Source: Styela clava
Taxonomy: Eukaryota
NCBI RefSeq assembly: GCF_964204865.1
Contig: NC_135258.1
Span: forward strand, 17,088,916 to 17,152,915
DNA: 64,000 nucleotides
Direction of reading: 5' to 3'
Shown: piece after piece, positions 12,401 through 25,714 of the stretch
How the letters are laid out: every line of letters starts with the position of its first letter
Numbering within the stretch: the first letter of the stretch is position 1
Notes under the pieces: model-generated
What the model was told of the DNA's origin: nothing
The model's database searches: none
Seen by the model: the letters and a program-made list of their open reading frames with translations, nothing else
Position numbers and translations under genes: made by a program

Positions 12401-14234
12401 GGCGAGTTACGAGCTGCCGGGGTGTACGGAATGACCAATTTATATATGATCTGCTGCCTGTTCTCCTTTACAAATCTAATTTCACAATAGAACAAATGTA
12501 CCACCAAACATTTTCTAGAATGGTCAAAAGTGAACTTGCCCTTCGGCACAAAATTCTGTGCATTCACGTATTTTACAACTTGCTTGTTAAAATTATTTAA
12601 TTTGCCTGAAGCAACTTATTTATCAAATGTTATCGGTATTTATGAAGAACTAACTACTCATGAAAAGCTGAGTTTTCGTTGCGATATTTTTGGAAAAAGT
12701 CGTTTCTTATTATATAGATAATAGAAAATAGTAAAAATATTATTGACAAATAGACGAGGCTTTCCATCCAGTTATTCGATGGCATGGGAATATTTCATGC
12801 AAACTTGAATGACGCGGATCTGGAAAAACAGAATTTTATATTTTTAAGTTCTATTTAATTTTTACTCTTTTTTATTTAGGTATAAATCCTTGCGCACACC
12901 GCTCAAAATTGAGGTTAGTAACGATAATTTTATCTAATATGGCACATCGTCATGATGTTATTGCACTGCAAAACAGAATAGTATTTAATCAGAAACAACG
13001 CGATGATAATGTTTCTAAAATTGGCCGATTCTAATAATCCAACTCTCGAAAAATCGGGTTGGATATTTCAGCTGAGATTATACAGATATTACACTATAAA
13101 GCCTCTTAAATTCGTAAGTTTGACTATGCTTTTGTGCTGTCGTTACGAAAAAGCTGTAGCCTACGCTGCATCTAGTATCGACGTTAGCCTGGGATTCTAT
13201 TAAGTGTACCCCAATAAATTTAAATAGAACCCTTACAGTGTCTGTTGTATGTATGAGAGTGTGAGGGCATGGGCTACAAAAACCTTACTAAATTAGTATT
13301 GTAAAATATTTATTAATCATTAAAAAAAACTGAGAAATGCAATGACTTTTGGATTCGGGCTCCATTGGACTCCAATGGAGCTCTAAAAGAAGTTTCGTTT
13401 GGTCGCGTGGTTATAAAGAACGTGATTTCCACAACAACCTCAACAGGAACAACAATTTAGCAGTTCGATCTATACAGGTTCACCTCGTGCCTTAACAGGA
13501 CATGAGACTGTTTTTTACACAGTTGCCAGTAATGCAATCACAACAGATCTTGCCACGTGTTTTGAATTGGGGCTAAACATCTTTTGAGCAAAAATATTTG
13601 AAATAATCACATGCTTAGTCTCGAGGCTAAATTGTTTGCCCGTCTTTCACAATGAAAGAATGCGCCCTGATTACATGCTGCAATATCGGGCCATACTCGA
13701 TTTTGCGCAAATATTATAATAAATTTCAGCTGGGCAGTACTATCGCGTGATCTACCCGACCCAAATCAAAGTGTGCGTGTTGCAAGACCTAATATTTGGG
13801 TTAATATTTAATTGAGCTATGACTATAACGCGAACTAAATACACACAGAACTATGATGTGAATGATATTCATTCAGCTACAGACTACGGATACATATCGG
13901 AAATGTGATAAGAACCTGCGCACGACTTTCTATATTTCTTATTAGAATATGACAGAGTAAATTTGCTCTCAAAGCGTCTGTAGGTGACAATGCAGCATGT
14001 TGAAACGTAGAACAATTTCACCTAATATACTTGTCAAATACATAAGCAAATACTAAACCCTTGTGTTGTATCAGCGCATGACGCAAACGTTTTTAGTTGT
14101 AATTCTTACAGAGTACGATGTACAATAACGTTTTATTCTGTATTTACTTGTTAATATTAGAAAGTGCCCTGTTTTATACCGTTTGTATTTTGACAGATCA
14201 ATCGCTGTTTTTATAGGTTAGTTCAAAGCTCAAA

Positions 14235-15656
14235 ATGAACAAGAAAATTGTGGTTCGAAATATCTGCATGGGACTATTTTTCTTCTTCAGCGGAGTAGAA
14301 TATGCTGTGATTTTACCGACTTTGAATGGATATCTTATAACGTTCGATGCAAAACAGAGCTTTTTAGGACTCGTCTTGGCTGCATTCAGCTTCTCTGGAA
14401 TGATATCTGCTCCCATTTACGGTATAATCGCAGACAAAACAAGATCGACAAAATTGTGTGTTATCGTTGCAAATTGTTTTGAAATATTGGGTAATATCCT
14501 ATACTTTACTAGTACAAATGAGTACATGGTGTTAGGTGCAAGACTTATTGCCGGAATTGGTTCAGGCGCAGCTTCATCTATATTTGGCATGATAGCCAGG
14601 ACAACTACACCTGAAGAGCGTACGAGCGTGTTTTCACTCCTTATGTCATTGCGACAGATAGGAATGATAGTGGGACCAGCGTTTAATATATTTCTACACG
14701 TTTTGGACTTTTATATTGGAAAGTTTCATATCAACGAGTATACATCTCCTGGATTTTTGATGACTATAATATGGTTTCTTCATAGTGTCTTATTGATAAT
14801 TGTGTATAAAGACGAAGATGAGAAAAGGCAAAAGATAGAAGAAACGCCGACTGTTGATGGAGTGGTTGAAATATCTGGCGATGGAGCAACGGGAGTTCGT
14901 GAGGAAGTCAGAACGAAACGTGCACCCTCAATGCTTGAGAATAAGAAAGTCAAGAGTTTTGTAAATGAATTCCTTCGAGAAGAAATTGTCATCTGCCTGT
15001 TTGCTACTTTCTTTGTCATGTTTGCTCAAACGGGCCTGGAAACTGCTGCAGCACCAATGACCCTGCTGTTTTTTGGTTGGGGCGGATTAGAAAATAGTTA
15101 CTTATTTTGCGCCGGGTCTGTAGTCGTAGTTTCCAGTTTTGTAGCTTTGAGCTTTTTAAGTAAAAAATTCTCGGATCGGCAACTAGTACTATTCGGATGT
15201 ATTGGTATGATAGCTACATATATCATGTATTTTGTTTACTCAGCTGTTCTGTCGTACGCAGAAAAATACGATGGTAACCCGAAAGATTGTCCAACATGGC
15301 TACTTCCAGTTTTTGCCATAAATATAACAATGCTGACCATTGCGGTGCCTTTTCTCTGGGTTCCACAAGCATCGCTATTTTCGAAAATTACCAGTAAAGA
15401 AACTCAGGCTTTTAACCAAGGAGTAAGAATGGTGACATTACGCATGGGTCAAATTATCGGTCCCATATGGGCTTCCCCTATGACAACAATAGATAGAATG
15501 CCTATTATGCTTGCCGTAGATTTATTTCTTACATGTATGCTGACTACAATGGTTTACCTCTCATACAATCGACTTCAACCATTAGAAGATTTACCAAAAT
15601 TGGATCAAAGCGAGGATGAAGAAAAAACTCCGTTATTGGGGGCAATAAACGACTGA
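14235..15656 (+). CDS. MFSD8: Major facilitator superfamily transporter, MFSD8/CLN7-like, 473 aa, apparently single-exon
   Basis: Uninterrupted 1422-nt ORF. About 12 hydrophobic segments. MFS motif A in loop 2-3 (GIIADKTRSTK). Long acidic central loop. Local similarity to MFSD8 blocks as recalled from memory (SFLG..V.A.S.G....P..G..., YM.....L.GIG.G, ERTS, IN.YT.P motif). The TATA-like tttttatagg sits about 20 nt upstream of the ATG. The MFSD8 assignment rests on memory, not a search. Confidence 0.8.
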   Translation: MNKKIVVRNICMGLFFFFSGVEYAVILPTLNGYLITFDAKQSFLGLVLAAFSFSGMISAPIYGIIADKTRSTKLCVIVANCFEILGNILYFTSTNEYMVLGARLIAGIGSGAASSIFGMIARTTTPEERTSVFSLLMSLRQIGMIVGPAFNIFLHVLDFYIGKFHINEYTSPGFLMTIIWFLHSVLLIIVYKDEDEKRQKIEETPTVDGVVEISGDGATGVREEVRTKRAPSMLENKKVKSFVNEFLREEIVICLFATFFVMFAQTGLETAAAPMTLLFFGWGGLENSYLFCAGSVVVVSSFVALSFLSKKFSDRQLVLFGCIGMIATYIMYFVYSAVLSYAEKYDGNPKDCPTWLLPVFAINITMLTIAVPFLWVPQASLFSKITSKETQAFNQGVRMVTLRMGQIIGPIWASPMTTIDRMPIMLAVDLFLTCMLTTMVYLSYNRLQPLEDLPKLDQSEDEEKTPLLGAIND

Positions 15657-16439
15657 TATGTAGCGATATTCTATTTTGCGTTACATCATATGGTCTTAGA
15701 ATTTTTGTCAGTAAGTTTTCGCACCAAACTGCGAATACTCTGTTTTACCACCTCTATGCAATAACAACCTTTTACTCGATTTTTTCCGCTTAAAATTTTC
15801 GTAAGCTTAATTTCGGTTTACCTTTTCGATGGTCAAAATTACATTTTGTTAAGTCTAAAAGTACTATTACGTGTATTTGCTGCCCAACATTCTGGTTGGG
15901 GCTTCTCGTACTTATGAAACGTTGTAGAAGTGCAACATTTCTGCATTGTCGTTACTTTAATTACATCATCCAATTTTAGCAAGTGAAGAATGAATTAATG
16001 TCTTATCATTATTACTCTTTTCTAATTCAGTTGTTTTAATTGTGAACGTTTTGTTTTTATCCAATCCTATTTAAATTGAGCTTACTTACTACAATATGTC
16101 TCACTGGGAATTTTTTAACAATCTTTCAGCTACAATTTTTTATACGCCATTCCATTTATTTATATGCCAACAGCCAGAAATGTCCAAATTTAAGGGTCAT
16201 AAAACGATTCCAGATTTTTTCTATGTATTTACTGTGATATTTTGATATATTATTGTTGAAAATGTGCAATATTTTTTAAATAAGTTGGCTGGTACTTGAG
16301 CATTTTGCAATAATGAAAAAATACATATGACAATAGTCCTTCTTTTACTTTTGGGTTATTCATACCGTTTAATATTGATGTATAATATCAACAAAAAGCA
16401 TATATCACGAGCATATGACTTCTCAAAATTAATCAGATC

Positions 16440-16560
16440 ATCCTGAAGATCGAATTCCAAAAATTGTGGAAGAGCGTTTATAGTTCTGATAATGTTTAAA
16501 CAGCAGGATTCGGAGTCGCAGTAAAAGACCATAATTATGATGTAAACACCTGGAGGTGAT
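16440..16560. repeat. Dispersed repeat, related copy at 18660-18800 (attccaaaa...g.g.gcgtt.atag.t.tgataatg.t..aaca..ggatt.ggagt...agtaaaag.cc.ta..atg.aa.cacctg)
   Basis: Co-linear shared blocks between the two loci. Confidence 0.4.
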
Positions 16561-16943
16561 TTCGTTTTTGAGCCAAGACGATCGAAACTATTAATCTACT
16601 TTGAATAGGTATACTCAAATATGTATATTCCATTATGATTCAAACCAAAAAAACTTCATAAAATTAAATAAATTGTTATGCAAGAATAATATTTTACTCT
16701 ATAGTGAGTCATATATTCTACATATATATTAGAATTTTGAGTTATGATACGATATGAATACGCTATAGAAATTAATAATATGACTAGTAGAATTGGGTTG
16801 CTGGAAACAGCAATAAAAATTTTCAATTTTGGTACACTTGCCAGTTAATTTTATTAAACGACCTGTGTACCTCTATGAAAGCCAAATATTCTATCATCAA
16901 TTTCCCGAAAATCATATGAAGTAATTCACCAGTACACCGGAAC

Positions 16944-17093
16944 GTAGTATGTGCACCAGCTTAGGGTTAGGCCATAATTTCATGTACAACTACTAATAGA
17001 GTCATTTGGCTAGTCCCCGAACTGGTAATATAACTAAAAATAGGAAAATTGGAATAAAATTATGGCCTAACCCTAACCTGGTACACATACTAC
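16944..17093. repeat. Foldback / hairpin element: 35-bp inverted arms (gtagtatgtgcaccagcttagggttaggccataatt) around a 79-bp spacer. The arms contain the telomere-like TTAGGGTTAGG.
   Basis: 16944-16978 matches the reverse complement of 17058-17093 with two mismatches. Confidence 0.6.
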
Positions 17094-20000
17094 AATAAAA
17101 CTATGAACTCAATTAAAAGTATAAATGGGTTCAAGCAGATTCATATAAAGGCAGTAGTATCAGGCAATGCTTCAGTCATTTGCGATCGAATCTCCTCCGT
17201 CAACGCGAGGTACCGATTACGATTACGTGGTATCTATAACAAGATTAACTTATTTATGTTACTAACTGCATAGTATAAACGGCGTAATTACCGGAGAAAT
17301 CGCTAGCACATTTCATAATCTACTCATAGTTGAATCCAAACTAAATATGTATCCTATGTAGGCACGCAGCTAAGGATATTCAAAGTTATAAATTTGTCTG
17401 TCTCGCACACTTTGTCAACTATCACAATGTTGAAACTTACTTATATCAAAAAGCAACATCATTCCACAGTGGGCGTTTAGTTTTTCACATACACAAGTAC
17501 GATCGTGAATTGACTCGGAATGCGTAAAAAAACAAGAAGACGAAACACTTTTTTTTTGTATCGAACTGAATTGTGGTGCAAATTGCCCCATTTCGGTCAG
17601 AAACTAAACAGTATAGCCGAAACTGCAATAGATATCTTTAAGGAACTATATTTATTTAATGTGAGGTGAAATTGATTGTGAAATTGATGACCCCCTAGGA
17701 ATGTCTATTTACTTTTGTCTGCAATTCAACTAAATTGTTACAGATATTTGCACGGACCTTCAGACTTTGCACACATGTAGAGGTTTCAAACGCATACTTG
17801 TACTCGGTAACATAAATATGTACCAGCGATCGGATGCATGTTTCGGCAATACTTATTCATCACACGCATTCGAACCCAGTGGAACGTATATGTTGGCAAT
17901 TGTACCTATATTTTGAGGTTCTTTACTGTGTTATTCGTGAAAATATAATACTCTGTCGGAAATTATATATATCACTAATGATATATTCATACTAAGCTAC
18001 AACAAACCCCTTAGAAATTGGTTGGCTGTTACAACGTAATTTTATTGTTACAAGTTCCTTATTGTCAATTTATATTTTGAATTGGATTCTGGATATAGTT
18101 TTGTACGTTTATGTATGCTTTTTCCAAAATTTTATTAGGGTTGTAATTTTTGTAAGTTCTGTTGAGTACAAAAAAATTGCCATGTCAATATGAAAACGAA
18201 AAATGTTGTGACAGATACCAGCTGGTGCTATCTGATTGAGAAATTCGAATTAGGCTATGCTTGTAAATAGACTACACAAGGGAAAAGTTGCTTTGTTTTA
18301 TTTTTTACACAAATTGTGATTGATTTTATGAGACATATGGAACTTGTCAACGTCGGCATTCGACATTTTCTGATTAGTTTCGTTACAATTTCTCAGAACA
18401 ACTGTACAGGCGACCTGAAAGTAACAAGTGACACAGAACAACAAGTAACATTTTGTCTTTAAAATCCAAGCAAAAAACGGTATGACGAATTACCAATCGG
18501 TTCAAATCGACACGACCGGGTACTTTTATCTTTCGAGAAAATTTCACAGACTAGCAAAATTCTGGTGGAAATATAAGCAATGTACTATATCGACAAGGTG
18601 GAATTTGTTCTGAATAAATGTTTAAATGTATATATATATATATATCATTCTTTTAGCTTATTCCGTAAAGTCAATCAACTTCTTGGAACAACCTGAAAGC
18701 TTGAATTTCGGTCGAATTCCAAAATCGCTGAGGGCGTTAATAGCTTTGATAATGGTTGGAACATCTGGATTAGGAGTTAGTAGTAAAAGCCCATATCATG
18801 TAACCACCTGAGAATAGCAAATTTATTATTACTTTGATACAAGAATAATTCAATTTTTCATTTCCGCTCTTGTTACCGTTTACTATTTACTTTTTCATCG
18901 CAGCTAATGTTAAAAAAGTAAGATTCGTTGTCCGTCAAGTGAAGTGTCTCGCCTTCGCGACTGTTCAATCGATTTTCTACGTTATATAAACAAATGAAAT
19001 TAATGAATTAATTTATTAAATGGGAATATTGAGATTAGAATCCTTCCAAAATCATTTAATTACTATATTACTAACTATTATATTACATACCTTATCCCAA
19101 TCAATCCGATTTTTGCTTTGGGGAACGTTACATACATTTTCCCCTCTTATAACCACAGATAAAACATATAAAATTCAGCAAAAATATTGCTTCCTTAATC
19201 TCGAATGGAATGAAAACCACTGAGTACAGACATAAATAAAAACTCCAGACAACTGCAAATATTTTGGTTCGTGAACGATCATGTCATAAACGGAAATGAT
19301 TCGCAAGGCGTTGCATGTTGCTTCGACATTTCTGTATTTTTTGAAAATGTGAATCGGGAGAATAATGGACTTCGTGATCTTCAGCTATGATATTTAAGGC
19401 GTCAAGAAGTATTATATTCAGTGAGCCCTTGATTATACCACTCGAGTAAAAACCCGTTCAGCGCTTTTTATCAGTATATATCACAAAATAAGGCCCGAAT
19501 AACAATGAAAATATATCGCTAACATCGCCGTGAAAATAAAGCTACAATTATAAGAGTATCACCGAATTGAGCTATAATATGAATGTCTTACAATAAACAG
19601 AAATCTGAAATTTCATTTTGCTTGTAAAAGTATGTTTTGATTGGTATAATATGTTTAGTGAAGTAAATTATCCTCTGTCTACTTTATTTGCTTTCAGTAA
19701 AATATTCAATCTGCTGTGTTGGACATCCCTATTTCAAGCAAAGTTTGACAATTTGGTATGATGACACATTTGAATTGAGCCCTCAATTTGTGAAGCAATG
19801 CATGTTAGGCAGATGGTATTACGAGACGTTAAAGCAAGTTTAAGTCACATGTAAAGATGTGAGTTCCAGAATTTTGAATCAACTTCAATTAAAATCCAAT
19901 CGAAACAATTTTAAGACTAGGTTCGTTATTTTGATTGAAACGACGTACCTATCCCAATGACAATAAATCGACAAGCCATGCGCACAATGGTGGAATTCAC

Positions 20001-20487
20001 TGAATAATTGATTCATATCAATCTGTCCTATGGATATGATTTGGTTTAGTCAATAAGGCAATAAAATAGATGGAATAATGCTTGACGATTTTTGATCCTC
20101 CTTTATCACAATGTATTCAAATTACAATTTAGAAAATTTTAGACTCTTTTCAAGCCCCTGCGACATCTCCAGCAAACCTAGGGGACTAATCAGGGTTTTG
20201 TTTTTTAATATTTCTGAAAAAACATCTCGTGTAATGTAAGTAAAAATTCTTGTTTTGACTTTTACTATTATCGCGTACATTTATCGCCAAGTTTGTACCT
20301 ACACCAAAGTCATAAGATTTTAACAGGAATGTTTATCGGAGATATCAGAGAGCCCTTTCGTGCAAGAAAAATATCTCACGAGCCTACTACAATCCAAAAG
20401 TAATTGGATCAAGGCCGCCTTCGACAACGAGTGTGTTGCCATAATGAAGAATATTCTTAGGTCGGCAACCTGCGGATTTAGTTAGAC

Positions 20488-21301
20488 CAGCGGTCGGCAA
20501 CCACCGGGCCGCGGCCCAGCGCTGGTCCGCGGAAAGGTTACCGCCGGTCCGCAGAGAGGTGACACAAAAACAGACAAGACCGTAATAAAATTTCTACAAT
20601 ATAAACACAAACCCTACGATTAATAAACAACAGCCAACAGCAAACCAGACAAACAATTCACAAACATTTGCTATGTCAGTATGTCGCAATAATGCTGGGT
20701 CAATTGTTTCCACTACGCCCCTAAAAGAATGTTTCTCATCAGTCCGTACAAGCGATGAGCATATATGCTCATTGGGTATAAGATATCTGCAACAAAATAA
20801 TTCTCGCTAAGAACGTGACTACTCCACTACTGGCTCATTGCTAACCGGTCATGCCTAGTCAGTGCTAATTTTATACTTCAGAATCCGGATAATCATAAAG
20901 TTAGCACATCGGGCAAAAATAGTTTTGGCAAAACAAACATCAAGCAATACCCAGACCAGAGTCAGAAGGTCTGCACTACAGGCATTGGTACCTTTCCCGA
21001 AATCTTAATTAATGTGAGGCCTGGTTTTCAATATTGATAATGATAACTGCAAAAAGGAAATATCAAAGTAGTCTGGATGTAGTGCGTCAATGTCGACCAT
21101 ATGGGAACAGTTAATGGCCAGCAAACAAATACAGATATCGCATCAAATAGCATCACTTTCGTTTTTTAGTATATTGTCAACATGAATTTCCTAATGTGTA
21201 TAATTTATTGCATAGGCTTAGTCCGTTTGTATAAAAGTGGTCCGCCGAAGGTTTGGTCAGGCTTTACCGGTCCGTCACTTGAAAAAGGTTGCCGACCACT
21301 G
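20488..21301. mobile_element. Nonautonomous hAT-superfamily element (MITE-like, 814 bp) with imperfect roughly 60-bp TIRs and an 8-bp target-site duplication (AGTTAGAC)
   Basis: Left end is cagcggtcggcaaccaccgggccgcgg... and the right end is ...ggttgccgaccactg. The direct repeat agttagac lies at 20480-20487 and 21302-21309. The TIR start CAGxGGTxxxCAAC is hAT-like. Confidence 0.7.
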
Positions 21302-24300
21302 AGTTAGACGATGAGACACACTGGCCTAGGCTATGCTTTTGTAATACCTCTCTGATACAATGACGTCACAACTAATCTGTTATAACGTCATAATAGAGAT
21401 TTCGAGTTTATTTATTAGCACTTTTTCCATACAAATTAAGTCATTATTTCTGTTAATACTGTTCGGTTAATTTAAATTAGCATACTTTGTTTTTAAGGTG
21501 AAAGGAATAGAGTTTTTCAAAGTTATACAAACTCATTTATTTAACGTATTTCCATTTTCGCCAGGTGGTTTACAGGGCGGTTTCGTCGCAGGGTGGTTTA
21601 CAAACGACTTATCTGCGCCAACCACGTTCGCGGACGCATTGAGCTATAGCCTGAGAAGGCGTATATGGTCAAGTCATCGATATTTGTGGCATTTCGAAGA
21701 GTTTATTGCGAATACGAAGTGCTTGGAAGGTTTTGAAATCCATTTTTCTTTAACATATTCAAGAAAAAAAATAATAAAAAACCTCGATTTAAAACAATTC
21801 TCTTTGAACAAATCCCAAGTAATAATCAACGAATCGGTATAAATGTATTTAATTCTTCGGATAAATGAAAATAATAATCTTTTTAACCTTAGTCACATGC
21901 AAAACTTTTTCATAGTCGAGTAGTCGTGTCATATTATTAAGACAATTGTGCCGTGTTGTTAGCTGACTGGTGTAAACATCATAAACTGCGTGAACGACTT
22001 GTTCGGTATATTCTTATAAAACAATAGTTTGTAGCTGGGCACGATATGTAGAAACTTGTAATGTTCTTTGTCATGTTAGTCAGCAATGTAGTGTATTTTA
22101 ATTGAGCCATATTTTTATATAATTTATTTGAGCCTTGCTCTCTTGTTACGGAGTCTCTCTTTGATCCATAAAAAGGTGAACTGGATAAAATGAAAAATTG
22201 TGGGCAGATATCGTTAATAAATACTGATTACAAAATCCTAACGAAGAAATTAGCGATTAGTTTGAAATATCTTTTACGAAATATAATATATATATAAATT
22301 GCATATTTGCCATTTTACAACCGACCGTTATAAATATATTCAATGGGTGCATTGGCTTTAACATAATTTTGGTAATTTTGAATCATGAGCCACCACGTAC
22401 TATTTTTACCAGTCGGTTTTGGCGTGCTCATTTCAAACTGATTTCATAAGAAGAGACGGGTGAAAGAATTAATTGCAGTGCACATGGATTCTCTCAGGGT
22501 CGCCATATTAGTAGCATAAGATACTATTTACCTCTGGAAAGAGGAAATCTAATAACAATGATTAACGTATTGCAAACCATGTCAAGTCAATCAGTACATT
22601 TGTGATCATGACCATTCCAATATATTGTATTCGAAATTCATATAATGTGAAAATTGTGGTAAAGTGTACGTAATTATATCAGGAAAAGCTAAAACATCAT
22701 CAATTTACAACTTTACTCGAAGAATATAAACCAGCACATGGACGTATTTTTTTAATCAGTTGGTAATCTTGGGGATAATACAGGCCTTGGCATTCAGTTT
22801 CCGAGATAAATATAGCGATGAGTACATGTTAAGTCTGTTACTCGTAAAAGCTCATAAAATGATTAGGGTGCTCGCCGTACATGGAGTTTGTGCATTCCTT
22901 CTATATGCAGTCAGAGCAAAGAGTGTGTGTTTGTATAAGCAAATTTACTGAAAGCAAGGATACGCGCATCGCTCAAAAATATAAAATAATGATCTCTGAG
23001 CAAAGTTACAGGAGGCAAATGAAGTTGAGAGAGCTTGTGATACTTTAAATAATCATGGCGTAGAAATAAGAATTGTTATTCGTTAGGACTGCTACACGAA
23101 ATAAAAACTTCATCACAAAACTTAGATTTTGAAATGTTTGTTTGTTGAATACAAAATTTATCACGAATGTAAAATTCGAATTATTCGTTTGCTGAATATG
23201 GAAATATTTACAAAATCTCGAATTTTAAATCTTTGATTACCGAATATGAGATATAATCTGCACAGCTATTTGCAAATTTACGAAATTTCTTTTCTGCACT
23301 TGTTTCAGTCCTATACATCGTTCAAAAGAATATGAGACAAAATAGGCATATGGTTTGCATTGTAGTGTTGGGAGTGACGGTGTCGTAGCAATTGTGTTCA
23401 TCAGACAGTGGGTAAAAATTACTAATCGAGTACGCTGTGAACAATCAAATGGAGATAAACAAGAGATCTATGTTCAAATATATGGGCACGTGGCGCCACA
23501 TAGCGATTGGTCCAGTAATCAAAGCGAATTTTTTCTGTTACAAAGAACAACAACAACATAATAATAAATAATACAGAATGCAGCCAGGCACAATGAATAC
23601 GACGGCAAAATAAATGACAAGAAAAAGTAAACACTTAAAAGGTGGTAATCACGCCCTAACGGTCTAGATCAGTGTTCTTCAACCTTTTTTTAGTGTGGTA
23701 TACTTTTTACATATTTGCAAGAACTTTAAGCAGATTGTGAAATAAACTAAAACTGCCATACTGCAATGTCACCATGAAATCTAATAGGCTACTGTCCGCG
23801 AGTTTTAAACGGTGTACATTTGACTGACGGCCCGATCATCAACGGAAATAATGTTCAACGTAAATCAAGCAAAAAAAAGTCGGTGATTGGACAACAATTT
23901 TGATTTTTAAGTTTACCGCAGACAATACTTTCCATTGAAGTTACACTTTAATTACTCATTGTATTTGTAGATGTGTTAACAACTAATTCATTTCACCATT
24001 TTAACCCAATTTTCTTAAATGTGTGATAATTATGATAGAAATACATTCGGTCATTATCGATTGTTTGAGCAAAAATTCATTTCATCTCAAAAGTATTCCA
24101 AGATATTAGGAGGAAGTAAAAATCTACCACGGAGGGTTAATTCATACCTCAGAAAGAATACCTAAGTTCATAATATGCACTATTTTTTACGGCGATCAAC
24201 GAGATCCGTCAAAGATTTTAGGCTAGAGCGAAATGTTATCAGGAAAACATGTTTCTGCCTGGGCCCGAACCACTTTATGGGGATCGTTTGCAAACGCGAC

Positions 24301-24361
24301 GACCACTACACTACGGAAAAACATCAGGGTCGGTTTCAAGCCGATTCGACGAACCACGGAT

Positions 24362-24516
24362 GTATGCGTTTCCTATGTGTAGAAGTCATCACGTTCGCCT
24401 AACACGCGAAAGATCATTGTTAAGTCTCCCAAGAGTATTGTTTCTTATAATATGACCCACCGGCGTATGCGTTTCTGTAGTGTAGTAGTCATCACGTTCG
24501 CATTACACGCAAACGG
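24362..24516. repeat. Local tandem duplication, two units of about 103 bp (gtatgcgtttc.t.tgtgtag..gtcatcacgttcgc.t.acacgc)
   Basis: Units are at 24362-24415 and 24465-24516. The two overlapping track ORFs share MRF..V.VITFA. Confidence 0.5.
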
Positions 24517-25180
24517 CCCGCATCGTTTTAAAATTAGTATTTATCTAGTTGTATTAGGAAGGATTCGAAAATTGGAATTTCCTATTTTTATTTTAACCTT
24601 CTTAATTTTGAGCGGTAGCGAGGGTGTTTATTTTTTGCCCTTGCTTTAGAAAGGATCCGAAATTTTGGAACGAACGATTTCATGGCATTCAAAGTAAGAC
24701 ACAAAGTGGTAAGGGCGTCGTTTTTAACACTATTTTTCTCTATTCAAGAGCTAATCACTGATAATTGGCCGTTTTGGGGCTTACTATCAATTCATACTCC
24801 AAATTAATAATCCGATTTGGCAAAAATGCGCGATTGTATAGCCTGGAGAACTCGGCGGTGAAATAAGTCTATAAAGGGGAATTTAACGTAACATTAGATA
24901 TCAGTGGCTGCCTATATCTTGCCTTGTTCGTAGCGAAATCGGGCGAATAAGCATCCGTGATACGTCATATCAAAAAAAATAAAATTGGGTTGCCAAATTT
25001 TGGGCTGGCTACGCCCTTACCGATGTAAATAAAGCAGGCGATTATTACGGAATCATCAATTCTTATCGATACTTGGAAGTATAAGATTGGGATTTCAAAT
25101 TTGGGGATAAAAAATGGAAAAAGTTCACACATTTATATATTGTAGAAAGTAAGCATAAACAACAGATAGGCTATAAAAGG

Positions 25181-25388
25181 GATGTTTTGTACAAAACTTC
25201 CACCAATGCTTAAAAGGAGAAAATTAGTAATTATCCAGTTAAGAATGCATATTGCGCCAAACATGACAATTTTTATTCAATCCGAACCAACTGGATAATT
25301 ATAAATTTTTAATTTAAAACATGGCAGGATTGTTTCTATCAAATCTTACAATTTGTGTATTAGTGGCGGAGGCTTTGTACAAAAGATT
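25181..25388. mobile_element. MITE, same family (about 208 bp)
   Basis: The terminals gatgttttgtacaaaacttccacc ... ggcggaggctttgtacaaaagattc are inverted, and the internal block is the family's ccagtt...ggttcgg block in reverse-complement (ccgaaccaactggataatt). Confidence 0.5.
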
Positions 25389-25714
25389 CAATGAGATTTC
25401 CAATAAAATTTGAAAGCATGATCATGAATATGTTGCTAGCTTAATTCGTAAAGTGAGATCTTTTGAACTATGGGAGAAGTGAAACAAAAAAATAGCTTAC
25501 TTACGTTGGTAGGGAAAAATATCAGCCTTTGACATATAAATGCGAAATGTATATTGTATTCCAGACTGAGAAATCGGTGCCTTTTTATTAATAAAATTGC
25601 ATTCTTACCTATTCCGGGGATCGGTGAAGAATCAGCCACAAGGCAAACCTACAATTTAAGTTTTATATGTCCTGACTTCTTCAATTCACTTATTTTTATA
25701 CCCTGGTGACTCTC

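Noticed and set aside
14198-15019. Minus-strand ORFs (72 and 79 aa) overlapping the MFS gene
   Set aside because: They are antisense to a well-supported CDS and have no protein-like features.
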